From an uncultured Atopobiaceae bacterium (GTDB lineage: Bacteria > Actinomycetota > Coriobacteriia > Coriobacteriales > Atopobiaceae): 64,000 nt of DNA. The DNA lies in contig CAWVDR010000002.1 of assembly GCA_963928085.1 (NCBI GenBank), forward strand, positions 497,398 to 561,397, given 5' to 3'. Position 1 is the first letter of the stretch. Each line of letters starts with the position of its first letter. The notes under the pieces were generated by a model. The model ran no database searches, had not been told where the DNA came from, and saw only the letters and a program-made list of their open reading frames with translations. The position numbers were made by a program, and so were the translations under genes. This document shows, piece by piece, positions 38,601-46,682 of the stretch.

Positions 38601-39229
38601 GCTGGGCCTATGACATCGGCTTCGGCGGCCTCGATCACGTCCTTGCCTCCGGCAACAACGTGAACGTCTTCGTCTTTGACACCGAGGTCTACTCCAACAC
38701 CGGCGGCCAGGCCTCCAAGGCCTCCAACATCGGCCAGGTGGCCCAGTTCGCGGCCTCCGGCAAGGTGACCAAGAAGAAGAGCCTCGCCGAGATCGCCATG
38801 TCCTACGGTTACGTCTACGTGGCCCAGGTCGCCATGGGCGCCAACATGAACCAGACGCTCAAGGCCATCCACGAGGCCGTGAGCTACGACGGCCCGTCGC
38901 TGATCATCGGCTACAGCCCGTGCGAGATGCACTCCATCAAGGGCGGTGGCATGCAGAACTGCCAGATGGAGATGAAGAAGGCCGTGGAGTGCGGCTACTG
39001 GAACCTCTTCCGCTTCAACCCGGCTGCCCCCACGGGCAAGAAGTTCACGCTCGACTCCAAGGAGCCGGCCGGCGGGTACCAGGACTTCCTGATGAACGAG
39101 GCCCGCTACACCTCGCTCACCCGCTCCTTCCCCGAGCGCGCCAAGGAGCTCTTCGCCCAGAACGAGGAGGCCGCCATGGCTCGCTACGCGCACCTGCTCA
39201 AGCTCAAGGACCTCTACGCCGAGGCGTAG
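35693..39229 (+). CDS. nifJ: Pyruvate:ferredoxin (flavodoxin) oxidoreductase
   Basis: 1178 aa starting MARKFKSMDGNEAASYVSYAF. Two ferredoxin-type CxxCxxCxxxCP motifs and the TPP motif GGDGWAYDIG. Confidence 0.95.
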   Translation: MARKFKSMDGNEAASYVSYAFTEVAGIYPITPSSPMADHVDQWAAQGMKNVFGTPVKVVEMESEAGAAGTVHGSLGAGALTTTYTASQGLLLMIPNMYKIAGEGLPGVFHVSARTVASHALNIFGDHSDVMACRQTGFAMLAEGNVQEVMDLAPVAHLAAIEGKVPFLNFFDGFRTSHEIQKVAVWDFDDLKDMLDMDAVQAFRDHALNPEHPHARGSHENGDIFFQHREACNKAYDALPAVVQSYMDKINEKLGTSYHLFDYYGADDADRVVVCMGSFCDTLEEVIDYLNAHGEKVGLVKVRLYRPWSVEDFVAALPATVKKIAVLDRTKEPGSIGEPLYQDVITALYEAGKSEITVVGGRYGLGSKDEPPAAAFAVYKELEKDAPAREFTIGIVDDVTNLSLPMDPDAPNTADPSTIECKFWGLGGDGTVGANKNSIKIIGDHTDKYVQAYFQYDSKKTGGVTISHLRFGDSPIRSPYYINKANFVACHNPSYIIKGFPMVRDVKPGGTFLVNCQWSDEEFASHLPAVAKRYIAKNNINVYLIDAIDLAEKVGMGKRTNTVLQSAFFSLAQVLPAEDAIQYMKDAAEKSYAKKGQNIVEANWKAIDAGATAYRKFEVPADWATAEDEKVELTLEGREAIVKQVRELMEPINRMDGDSLPVSKFVDVADGQWELGASAYEKRGVAVMVPHWDESKCIQCNQCSFVCPHATIRPIVMNADEQAAAPEEMRRIDVMVPKNSGLTFTMAISPLDCMGCTNCVKVCPKGALTMVPQESELDQAPVWDYAVNKVSEKKELVAANVKGSQFAKPYLEFSGSCAGCAETAYARLVTQVCGERMFISNATGCSSIWGNPAATSPFTVNECGHGPAWNNSLFEDNAEHGLGLALGYDAVQEKIVAETEQLLQSDCASDALKEAATAWLESRKDTEASKTTAAAYVAELEKADCDTAKAILADKSYLTKKAFWIFGGDGWAYDIGFGGLDHVLASGNNVNVFVFDTEVYSNTGGQASKASNIGQVAQFAASGKVTKKKSLAEIAMSYGYVYVAQVAMGANMNQTLKAIHEAVSYDGPSLIIGYSPCEMHSIKGGGMQNCQMEMKKAVECGYWNLFRFNPAAPTGKKFTLDSKEPAGGYQDFLMNEARYTSLTRSFPERAKELFAQNEEAAMARYAHLLKLKDLYAEA

Positions 39230-39260
39230 GTTCTTCTCGCTGAGCTAATCGCGCAAGCTG

Positions 39261-39291
39261 CGGCCCCCGGCATCGCGCCGGGGGCCGTTTT
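39261..39291 (+). terminator. Intrinsic terminator after nifJ
   Basis: CGGCCCCCGG-CATCGCG-CCGGGGGCCG followed by TTTT. Confidence 0.8.
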
Positions 39292-39302
39292 GTGTTGCGA
39301 GC

Positions 39303-39547
39303 GCGTGCCCTTCTCGCCGGGCAATCTAAGAAATGCCGCCTGTGTAAGGGGTCGTTCTAGAAAACGTAAGGGTTGTCAGTACTCACCGGCATTCATGCCG
39401 GCAAAACGAGGTTTTTGTATTCACGATGAAAGCAACGTCCGGCATTCTTGGAGTTTGTTGTGGCGAGGGCGGCAATTCATAGACGAGCTACCGGCAAGGG
39501 CGGCGATTCTAAGAACGAGTTCTGCGGCCGAGAAGAACGTACGCTAG
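39303..39547. repeat. Modular 30-bp-unit repeat array, locus C (8 phased units, all in one orientation)
   Basis: TTCTAGAA-like cores at 39326, 39357, 39447, 39477 and 39509, and a CGAGAAGAAC unit at 39529. The middle units are degenerate and contain small hairpins. Confidence 0.7.
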
Positions 39548-41694
39548 TGACCCGTGGCGATGCGCATGGCCACGTCGTGCGCCGCGGTCTCCAGCGCGTC
39601 ATCGAGCGGCGCGAGCTCGACGAGCTCGCCGCGGCGCGCCAGCGCCCGGGCGATCAGCCAGTCGGTGACGCCGGGGTTCTTGGGCAGGATCGGCCCGTGG
39701 AGGTACGTGCCCACCACGCCATCGTGCAGCACTCCCTCGCCGCCGTCCTCGCCGTTGTTGCCGGTGCCGGCGACGAGCGCGCGCCCGAAGGGCTTCTCGC
39801 CCGCGCCCAGCATGGTGCGGCCCGCGTGGTTCTCAAACCCCACGATCGGCGCGTCGCACACGGGCGACTCGATCGCCACGTTCCCAATGAGCCGCGTGGA
39901 GCCGGCGACGGTCTCCAGGTCCAGGATGTGCAGACCCTCGACCTTCTCCGCCCCCATCATGTAGGAGTGGCCGAGCAGCTGGTAGCCACCGCAGATGGCG
40001 AGAAGAACGCCGCCGTCGGCAACGTAGGCGGCGAGCGTCTCCCGTTGTCCCTGCAGCTCGCGACAAACCGCAAGCTGGTCACGGTCCGCGCCGCCGCCAA
40101 GCAGCACCACGTCCGCGTCGGAGAGGTCGAGCTCCTGTCCCATGAGGACCTGGTCGACCCGGCAGGGAATGCCGCGCCACGCGCAGCGCTTGGAGAGCGA
40201 CGCGATGTTGCCGCCGTCCCCGTAGAGGTTGAGCGCGTCGGGATAGAGGTGGACGATGCGCAGCGGCCGGTCGAGCGCGACGCTCGCGGCATCCGCGCGC
40301 GCGGCCGATGAGGTCGTGGGACGCGTCTGCGCCGCGGGAGCCGCTCCCGTCTTGGAGAGGCGCTCGAGCTCGGCGACGACGGGCGGGAAGGCCGTGTAGT
40401 TGGCGATCGCATGGAGCTTCTCGCCCGCGCCCACAAAGCGCAGCGCGTCCTCGACGCTTTCCACGAGCACGATCTCTGCACCAAGTTCAGCGTACTTCAC
40501 GCGCACGGCCATATCCTCGCGCCGCGTGCCACCAACGTAAACGAGCCGCAGGTCAGAGAGGTCGCGCAGGCGCTCGAGGTCAATGTCCCAGATCCAGGAG
40601 ACGTCATGGCCGTCGGCGTCGTTGTCGTTCAGGAAGATGGCGAGGTAGCGGCCGTCCTCGGCGCGCACCTGCTGGATCATGCGGTTGAAGCCGGTGGGGT
40701 TCTTCGCGAGGTTGGACGTGACCTCGCGCCCATCGCCGAGCGAGAACACCTTGCCACGCCCGCTCGCGGGCTCGTAGGCGTCGAGCACCTCCTGGAAGCG
40801 CGCTGCGTCGCCGCCTGCCACAAGGCACCCCGCCAGCGCAGCCATCACGTTGTAGACCATGTAGAGCCCGCTGTAGCGCGTCCGGACATGATGCCGCACC
40901 ACCTTGGCGCTGCGCCGGTCCTCAACGTCAAACTCAAACCCGCCGCAGGTCAGCGTAACGTTTACGGCAGCAAACGCGAGCTCGGGGCGTTCCCAGCCGC
41001 ACTCGGGGCACCGGTATGCGCCCAGCTGTCCGTAATGCACGTACTCGTAGTCCAGCGGCGCGTTGCAGCGCGCGCAGAAGCGGCTGTCGGAGATGCGGTC
41101 TGCCTCCAGGTCCGTGGGCTCGTCGATGCCAAAGGGCAGCCCGACGTTGTCCACGCGATCGGCGATGGCGGCGCAGAGGGGGTCGTCGGCGTTGAACACA
41201 AGCGCCGTCTTGGGAGAGCGGCGCAGCGCCTCGGCGATCACGTCCTGTGTGTGGTCGATCTCTCCGTAGCGGTCTAGCTGGTCGCGGAACAGGTTGAGCA
41301 GAACGAGGGCGTCCGGCCTCATCTTGGGCAGCACGCGAACGGTGTAGAGCTCGTCGCACTCAAAGCAGCCCGCACGCCCGGGGTTCTTCTCGCCCGCCAG
41401 CACCAGCGCGGCGGCGATGCCGGACTCCATGTTGTTGCCGGCACGGTTGCACACGACGTCGTGTCCGTCGCCGGCGAGCGCGTCGGCAAGAAGACCGGTG
41501 GTGGTCGTCTTTCCGTTGGTGCCCGTGACCACAAGCTTGGGGGAGAGCGGCGCAGAGAGCTCCCCGACGACGTTGGGATCCACGCGCAGGGCTACGGTAC
41601 CCGGAATGTTGCCCCCGCCGCGATGGAGGAGCCGGGTGGTGCCCCAGTGTGCCGCGTCGGCGGCGAGGCGGGCGAGGGTCACGCGCAGCTTCAT
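39544..41694 (-). CDS. Fused lipid II isoglutaminyl synthase subunits MurT (Mur-ligase-like) and GatD (glutamine amidotransferase)
   Basis: A single 716-aa frame. The N-terminal part is MurT-like (VTGTNGKTTTTGL, Cys-rich ribbon CARCNAPL ... CPECG, DUF1727 region). The C-terminal part is GatD-like (YGDGGNI ... LAICGGYQLLG ... YLHGP). Confidence 0.8.
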   Translation of the reverse strand: MKLRVTLARLAADAAHWGTTRLLHRGGGNIPGTVALRVDPNVVGELSAPLSPKLVVTGTNGKTTTTGLLADALAGDGHDVVCNRAGNNMESGIAAALVLAGEKNPGRAGCFECDELYTVRVLPKMRPDALVLLNLFRDQLDRYGEIDHTQDVIAEALRRSPKTALVFNADDPLCAAIADRVDNVGLPFGIDEPTDLEADRISDSRFCARCNAPLDYEYVHYGQLGAYRCPECGWERPELAFAAVNVTLTCGGFEFDVEDRRSAKVVRHHVRTRYSGLYMVYNVMAALAGCLVAGGDAARFQEVLDAYEPASGRGKVFSLGDGREVTSNLAKNPTGFNRMIQQVRAEDGRYLAIFLNDNDADGHDVSWIWDIDLERLRDLSDLRLVYVGGTRREDMAVRVKYAELGAEIVLVESVEDALRFVGAGEKLHAIANYTAFPPVVAELERLSKTGAAPAAQTRPTTSSAARADAASVALDRPLRIVHLYPDALNLYGDGGNIASLSKRCAWRGIPCRVDQVLMGQELDLSDADVVLLGGGADRDQLAVCRELQGQRETLAAYVADGGVLLAICGGYQLLGHSYMMGAEKVEGLHILDLETVAGSTRLIGNVAIESPVCDAPIVGFENHAGRTMLGAGEKPFGRALVAGTGNNGEDGGEGVLHDGVVGTYLHGPILPKNPGVTDWLIARALARRGELVELAPLDDALETAAHDVAMRIATGH

Positions 41695-41915
41695 GGGTCT
41701 CCTCCTGCAGGGCGTTGGGCAGCAGCACTACTATAGCGCCCCGCGGCGGCGTCCCACGCTGCGACCGCCGGGGTGCAACTCTGCTAGTATCAGTTCTGTC
41801 GTGCCCACAGGGATGCTTCTTTTGGAGTGCTTTCCACCGGGATCCCGCTCGTCGTGGGTTCGTCATGCCCGCGCGCGGGCATCCAGCAAAGCCCTCCGAC
41901 AGAGAAGAGAGAACC

Positions 41916-42560
41916 ATGGAGCAGCGCAACACCCTCACGCACCCCGTCGACCCATCCGTCGCCCACGCCCGTCGCGTCGCCCGCGTCGGCGTGATCGCCG
42001 CCGGCTATGCGGGTCTTACCCTCGTCACCCTGCTCTTCCTTGGGAGCCTCGCCTGGGGCCCCGTGCAGTTCCGCGTCTCCGAGGCGCTCTGCGCCCTCGC
42101 CCTCCTGACGGCGGATGCCGTGCCCGGCCTTGCCCTCGGCTGCGTCATCGCCAACGTCGCCAACATCGTGCTCTCGGGCACCGGGATGCTGGGCATGCTC
42201 GACGTGGTCTTCGGGAGCCTGGCCACCGCGCTCGGCGCCTGGTTCACGTGGCGCAACCGCCGCCGCCCGGCGCTCGCCCTCATGGGCCCCGTGATCGCCA
42301 ACGCCCTCATCGTCCCCGCGTACCTCCCGCTCATGCTGCAGGGCATCGGCTTCTACACCATCCCGTTCACCAACATCGCCCTGGACGGGGCCTACCCGGC
42401 CATGTACGTGTTTGGCCTGCTCGCCACCGGTGCGGGCGAGGCCGTGGTCATGTACGCGCTGGGGCTGCCCCTCTATCGCGCCCTCTCGCGCACCACGCTG
42501 CCGCGCACGCTCGGGGCGGACGCACCCGACGAACCCTCCGGATCCGCAAGGAGGAGCTAG
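41916..42560 (+). CDS. queT: QueT-family queuosine-precursor transporter
   Basis: ATG at 41916. Contains RVSEALCALALL ... DVVFGSLATALGA. Five or six TM segments. Confidence 0.7.
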   Translation: MEQRNTLTHPVDPSVAHARRVARVGVIAAGYAGLTLVTLLFLGSLAWGPVQFRVSEALCALALLTADAVPGLALGCVIANVANIVLSGTGMLGMLDVVFGSLATALGAWFTWRNRRRPALALMGPVIANALIVPAYLPLMLQGIGFYTIPFTNIALDGAYPAMYVFGLLATGAGEAVVMYALGLPLYRALSRTTLPRTLGADAPDEPSGSARRS

Positions 42561-42563
42561 CGC

Positions 42564-43859
42564 TTGAATCCCGTCATCGTCATCCCCTCCTACTGGGACC
42601 GCAGCGCGCGTCCCGGCCCCCTCGGCGAGCGGGGCGTGTACGACTACACCACGCCGATCGACAAGCCGCTGCCCGAGCTGGAGGTCTGCCTCTCCTCGCT
42701 CGAGCGCGTGAGCGGCGTGCTGCGGGTCATCGTGCTCGTGGTGGCGCCGCAGGGCTGCGAGGAGGCCGCCCGCGCTCGCGTGAACAGCATCTGTCGCGCC
42801 CATGCCGACCTCAACCCGCTGGTCATCGGCGCACAGGAGGCGTCGCACGTGGAGCGCGCCGTGAGTCGGATGGCGCATCACGTGGCGGGGGAGACCGTCT
42901 CGCTGCGCGGCTACGGGGCCATTCGCAACATGGGGCTCGCCGTCGCCGCCGTTCTTGGTCACGACGTCGTGGTCTTTCTCGACGATGACGAGGCGGTGCT
43001 GGGGGAGGACTACCTCACCAAGGCCGTGTGGGGCCTCGGCTCGCTCACCCGCCAGAACCTGCAGGTCCTGGTCAAGAGCGGCTTCTTCATCGACGAGCTG
43101 GGAAGCCCCTACGCGGAGCCCTCGGGCGCGTGGAGCGAGAAGTACTGGTCAAAGGCCGCGGACTTCAACCGTGTCATGGAGCGCGCCCAGACGAGCGCCT
43201 CGCGGATCACGCGCTCCAACCACCTGTGCGGCGGCTGCTGCGCGCTGCACGCGGCGGCCTTCTCGAAGGTTCCCTTCGACCCCTACATAACGCGTGGCGA
43301 GGATCTGGACTACGTGCTCAACGTTCGGGCGAACGGCATGGACGTCTGGTTCGACAACGAGTGGTGCGTCCAGTCCCAGCCCCCCGAGGAGATGGCGGGC
43401 GAGCCATCGCTCTTCATGCAGGACGTGCACCGCTGGCTCTACGAGTATCGGAAGCTGGACGCCATGAACGCGCGCCGCGACCTGCGCACGATCACGCCTG
43501 AGTCGCTCATGCCCTACCCTGCCCCGTGGCTCTCCTCCGGGGTGCGCCGTCGCGTGTTCCGGACCGCGCTGCGCCGATTCCTCACGGGGCCCGAGCGCCT
43601 CGCCTATCTTCGCATCCTCACCCGGGGGCGCTTCGACGCCGACAGGTTCGCGCGGTCGGCGAGCTCCCGGTACCTCTCGTTTGCCATGGTGTGGCCCACG
43701 ATCGTGGCCGCCCTCTGGGAGGACCGCGTGATCGCCTCAGCGATTCTGCGGACGGGCGAGGTCGCGCCCCGCGCCACGCGCGAGGCTCCCGCGGCGGAGC
43801 CCGAGTCCGACCCGTTTGCGGATACGGGGGCCTTCCCCGTGCAGGGAGGTGAGCACTGA
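42564..43859 (+). CDS. Glycosyltransferase-like protein (GT-A fold, DDD motif)
   Basis: Starts NPVIVIPSYW, with VVFLDDDEAV and a TTG start after AGGAGG. The family assignment is tentative. Confidence 0.5.
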   Translation: MNPVIVIPSYWDRSARPGPLGERGVYDYTTPIDKPLPELEVCLSSLERVSGVLRVIVLVVAPQGCEEAARARVNSICRAHADLNPLVIGAQEASHVERAVSRMAHHVAGETVSLRGYGAIRNMGLAVAAVLGHDVVVFLDDDEAVLGEDYLTKAVWGLGSLTRQNLQVLVKSGFFIDELGSPYAEPSGAWSEKYWSKAADFNRVMERAQTSASRITRSNHLCGGCCALHAAAFSKVPFDPYITRGEDLDYVLNVRANGMDVWFDNEWCVQSQPPEEMAGEPSLFMQDVHRWLYEYRKLDAMNARRDLRTITPESLMPYPAPWLSSGVRRRVFRTALRRFLTGPERLAYLRILTRGRFDADRFARSASSRYLSFAMVWPTIVAALWEDRVIASAILRTGEVAPRATREAPAAEPESDPFADTGAFPVQGGEH

Positions 43860-45211
43860 TGGGTCTTCGGGGACGCTTCCCGGGATGGGTCGTGGGCCTG
43901 CTCCTCGTCGCGTGCGCCGTCGTGCTCGCGTTCGCGCTGATGTGGAGCGTGGATGACGGCCTGGTCGTCGCCACCATGCTCATCGGCTGCGGCTTTGCCG
44001 CCGTCATCGTCTTTGGCGGCGCCGTCAGTCTCGCGCCGGACGACACGCGATCCGAAGCAACTGAGCGAACCCTGCGCGTTGCGACGGGCACCCTCGCCCA
44101 CCTGCGCGGTGGTCTCACCGAGGAGAACGCACGTGCCATCTGCGCGCTCCTCTTGCCCGAGACGAGCGCGATCGGCATCGCCATCACCGACACCTCAAAG
44201 GTGCTTGCCCTCGAGGGCCCGGTCGACACCCCCTTCGTCTCGGGGACCGAGAACGCCAAGCCCACGCTCGAGGTCCTGGAGAGCAAGCGCATGGAGACGT
44301 TCGTCTCAGTCGACCAGGAGAGCCAGGACGTGAGGCGCTTCTCGGTCGGCCGCCGCCGCAACGGGCACGTCTTTGGCGTCATCGTTCCGCTGTTCGTGCA
44401 GGACCGCGCCGTCGGCACCATCAAGCTCTACTATCGGCGCGACCTCGACATAGACCGCACGCAGCTCGCCATCGCCGAGGGGCTGGGGTCGCTGCTCTCC
44501 ACCCAGCTCTCCTCCTACGAGCTCGACCGACAGGCCGAGCTCACGGCGCGCGCCGAGGTGAAGGCGCTCCAGGCGCAGATCAACCCGCACTTTCTCTTCA
44601 ACACGCTGAACACGATCGCCTCGTTCACGCGGACCAACCCGACCAAGGCGCGCGACCTGCTTCGCGAGTTCTCGACGTTCTACCGCCGTACCCTGGAGAG
44701 CTCCGAGAAGACGCTCATCTCGCTCGAGCAGGAGCTCGAGCAGACGCGCCGCTACCTCAAGATCGAGAAGGCGCGCTTCGGCGAGGACCGCATCGTGGAG
44801 ACCGAGCACGTCGAGAGGGGCTGCGAGGAGCTCCCCGTGCCGTCTTTCCTGGTCCAGCCCATCGTCGAGAATGCCGTGCGCCACGCGATGCGCGACGAGG
44901 GGGCGCTTCACGTTGACGTTCAGGTCGCGACCGACGGTGATGATATTCTTATAGCGGTCGCCGACGACGGGCTCGGCATGGACAAGGTGGTGGCAGACCG
45001 TCTTCTCGCCTCCGCGGAGTCCCGCTCGCCCTCCGACTCCAGCAAGGGGACGGGAATGGCGCTGCGCAACGTCGCCGAGCGCATCGAGCGCTTCTTCGGC
45101 GTGGGCTCGGGCGTTGAGATCGTCTCAAAGCTGGGGGAGGGAACTTGCGTTACCCTGAGACTTGCGGGCGGCAGGCGCCGGCTCGCTGAGCTTCGCCAGA
45201 GCGGCGAATAG
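43859..45211 (+). CDS. LytS/YehU-type sensor histidine kinase
   Basis: His_kinase motif QINPHFLFNTLNTI and HATPase motif DDGLGMD. N-terminal TM segments and a GAF-like region. Confidence 0.85.
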   Translation: MGLRGRFPGWVVGLLLVACAVVLAFALMWSVDDGLVVATMLIGCGFAAVIVFGGAVSLAPDDTRSEATERTLRVATGTLAHLRGGLTEENARAICALLLPETSAIGIAITDTSKVLALEGPVDTPFVSGTENAKPTLEVLESKRMETFVSVDQESQDVRRFSVGRRRNGHVFGVIVPLFVQDRAVGTIKLYYRRDLDIDRTQLAIAEGLGSLLSTQLSSYELDRQAELTARAEVKALQAQINPHFLFNTLNTIASFTRTNPTKARDLLREFSTFYRRTLESSEKTLISLEQELEQTRRYLKIEKARFGEDRIVETEHVERGCEELPVPSFLVQPIVENAVRHAMRDEGALHVDVQVATDGDDILIAVADDGLGMDKVVADRLLASAESRSPSDSSKGTGMALRNVAERIERFFGVGSGVEIVSKLGEGTCVTLRLAGGRRRLAELRQSGE

Positions 45212-45260
45212 GTAGGGCCCGGCCAACGATCGGCCGGTAGAAGGACATGAAGGGACACAC

Positions 45261-45977
45261 ATGCGCGCGATGATTGTTGACGACGAGGCCCCGGCTCGCT
45301 CCGAGCTGCGCTATCTGCTCGAGGAGACGGGGAGGGTCGAGTCCGTCACGGAGGCATCCAGCGCCCGTGAGGCCGTGGAGAAGCTGATGGAGGCCAAGGC
45401 CGACGTCATGTTCCTGGACATTCAGATGCCCAAGACCTCCGGCATGCAGCTCGCCGAGGCCCTTCACAAGCTCAAGAACCCGCCCGCCGTGGTCTTTGTG
45501 ACCGCCTACAGCGAGTACGCGCTCGAGGCCTTCGAGGTGGACGCCATCGACTACCTCATGAAGCCCGTCGACCCGGAGCGCCTGGGCCAGGCCCTCGACA
45601 AGGTGCAGGCGCGCGTGAAGCCGCAGCCCCAGAGCCACTCCTCCGTCGAGCGCATTCCCGTCGTCAAGAGCGGTCGCAAGGTGCTCGTGCCCATCGACCA
45701 GATTCGCTACATCGAGGCCAAGGACGACTACTCCTGCATCTACACCGACACCGACCGCTTCCTCTCCACGATCTCGCTCGCCAAGCTCGAGCAGAAGCTC
45801 GCTCCGTACGGCTTCTTCCGCGTCCACCGCGGCTACATCGTGAACCTGGAGTACGTCGAGGACGTCGAGGTCATCTCCTCGGGCATCCTCCAGCTCGGCG
45901 TCAACGGCATCGAGGGCAAGAAGATCTCGGTCTCGCGCCGTCGCGTCGTTGCCCTCAAGCGCGCCCTCGGGCTCTAG
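45261..45977 (+). CDS. LytTR-family response regulator
   Basis: Receiver domain (MIVDDEAPARSEL ... DVMFLDIQMP) and a LytTR domain (FFRVHRGYIVNL). Confidence 0.9.
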   Translation: MRAMIVDDEAPARSELRYLLEETGRVESVTEASSAREAVEKLMEAKADVMFLDIQMPKTSGMQLAEALHKLKNPPAVVFVTAYSEYALEAFEVDAIDYLMKPVDPERLGQALDKVQARVKPQPQSHSSVERIPVVKSGRKVLVPIDQIRYIEAKDDYSCIYTDTDRFLSTISLAKLEQKLAPYGFFRVHRGYIVNLEYVEDVEVISSGILQLGVNGIEGKKISVSRRRVVALKRALGL

Positions 45978-45990
45978 GGCGGGGTCTCGC

Positions 45991-46452
45991 TTGACCGCAA
46001 AGCGCTTCGACATCATCTCTGACACGCACGGGTTTCTCTCGCCCGAGCTCCTCTCGGAGCTTGCCGGCGCCGATGCGATCGTCCATGCCGGCGACATGTG
46101 CTCCGCGTCCGACTACCGCACGCTCAGCGACATCGCCCCGCTCAAGATGGCGCTCGGCAACAACGACTGGGCCTACGACTACGGCCCCATGGTGAAGGAC
46201 CGCACCGTGTTTCTCGGCGGCGGCCTCCGCTGGCAGGTAACGCACTATCGTCGGCGTCTCAACCTGCAGATGTGCGACATCGCGATCTTCGGGCACACCC
46301 ACACGCCCGTCCTCGAGCGGGACGAGTGGACCGGCACGCTGGTCATGAACCCCGGCAGTCCCACCTACCCGCGCCGTTCGCGCCCGTCCATGGGACGAAT
46401 CTGGGTGGAGGACGGCAAGGTGGTAGACGCCCAGCTCATCACGCTGGGGTAG
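45991..46452 (+). CDS. YfcE/MJ0936-family metallophosphoesterase
   Basis: Motifs DIISDTHG, HAGD, GNND and GHTH. A TTG start is inferred because there is no in-frame ATG before the first motif. Confidence 0.75.
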   Translation: MTAKRFDIISDTHGFLSPELLSELAGADAIVHAGDMCSASDYRTLSDIAPLKMALGNNDWAYDYGPMVKDRTVFLGGGLRWQVTHYRRRLNLQMCDIAIFGHTHTPVLERDEWTGTLVMNPGSPTYPRRSRPSMGRIWVEDGKVVDAQLITLG

Positions 46453-46489
46453 GTGCGACCGCGCGTTCTTCTCGACTTGGCCCCGGACT

Positions 46490-46682
46490 CTTCCGGTAAT
46501 CGCCGTCCTTGTCTCGAGGGCGCCTAAGAAACGTCGGCCTTGTCGGCACGCCGTCTAAGAATCGCCGTACTTGTCCCGAGGATGTCCGCAAAAGCATGGT
46601 TTTGCGGGCGAGAAACCCGGTGCGGTCGGACAACCCCGCGAGTTCCTAGACGACCGCTGGACAAGGGCGGCAGATTCTAGAC
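46490..46682. repeat. Modular 30-bp-unit repeat array, locus D (mirror arrangement)
   Basis: Three reverse units ending CCTTGTC at 46513, 46544 and 46575; the central hairpin CCGCAAAAGCATGGTTTTGCGG (46586-46607); and two forward units at 46628-46651 and 46659-46682. Confidence 0.75.

Noticed and set aside
35315-39193. 1292-aa minus-strand ORF opposite nifJ
   Set aside because: It is an antisense GC artefact. PFOR on the plus strand is unambiguous.
39303-39547. Possible CRISPR array, because of the ~30-bp periodicity
   Set aside because: The units are degenerate and fill the whole period, so there is no alternation of identical repeats with unique spacers. No cas genes are present, and the same units occur in mirror arrangement elsewhere.
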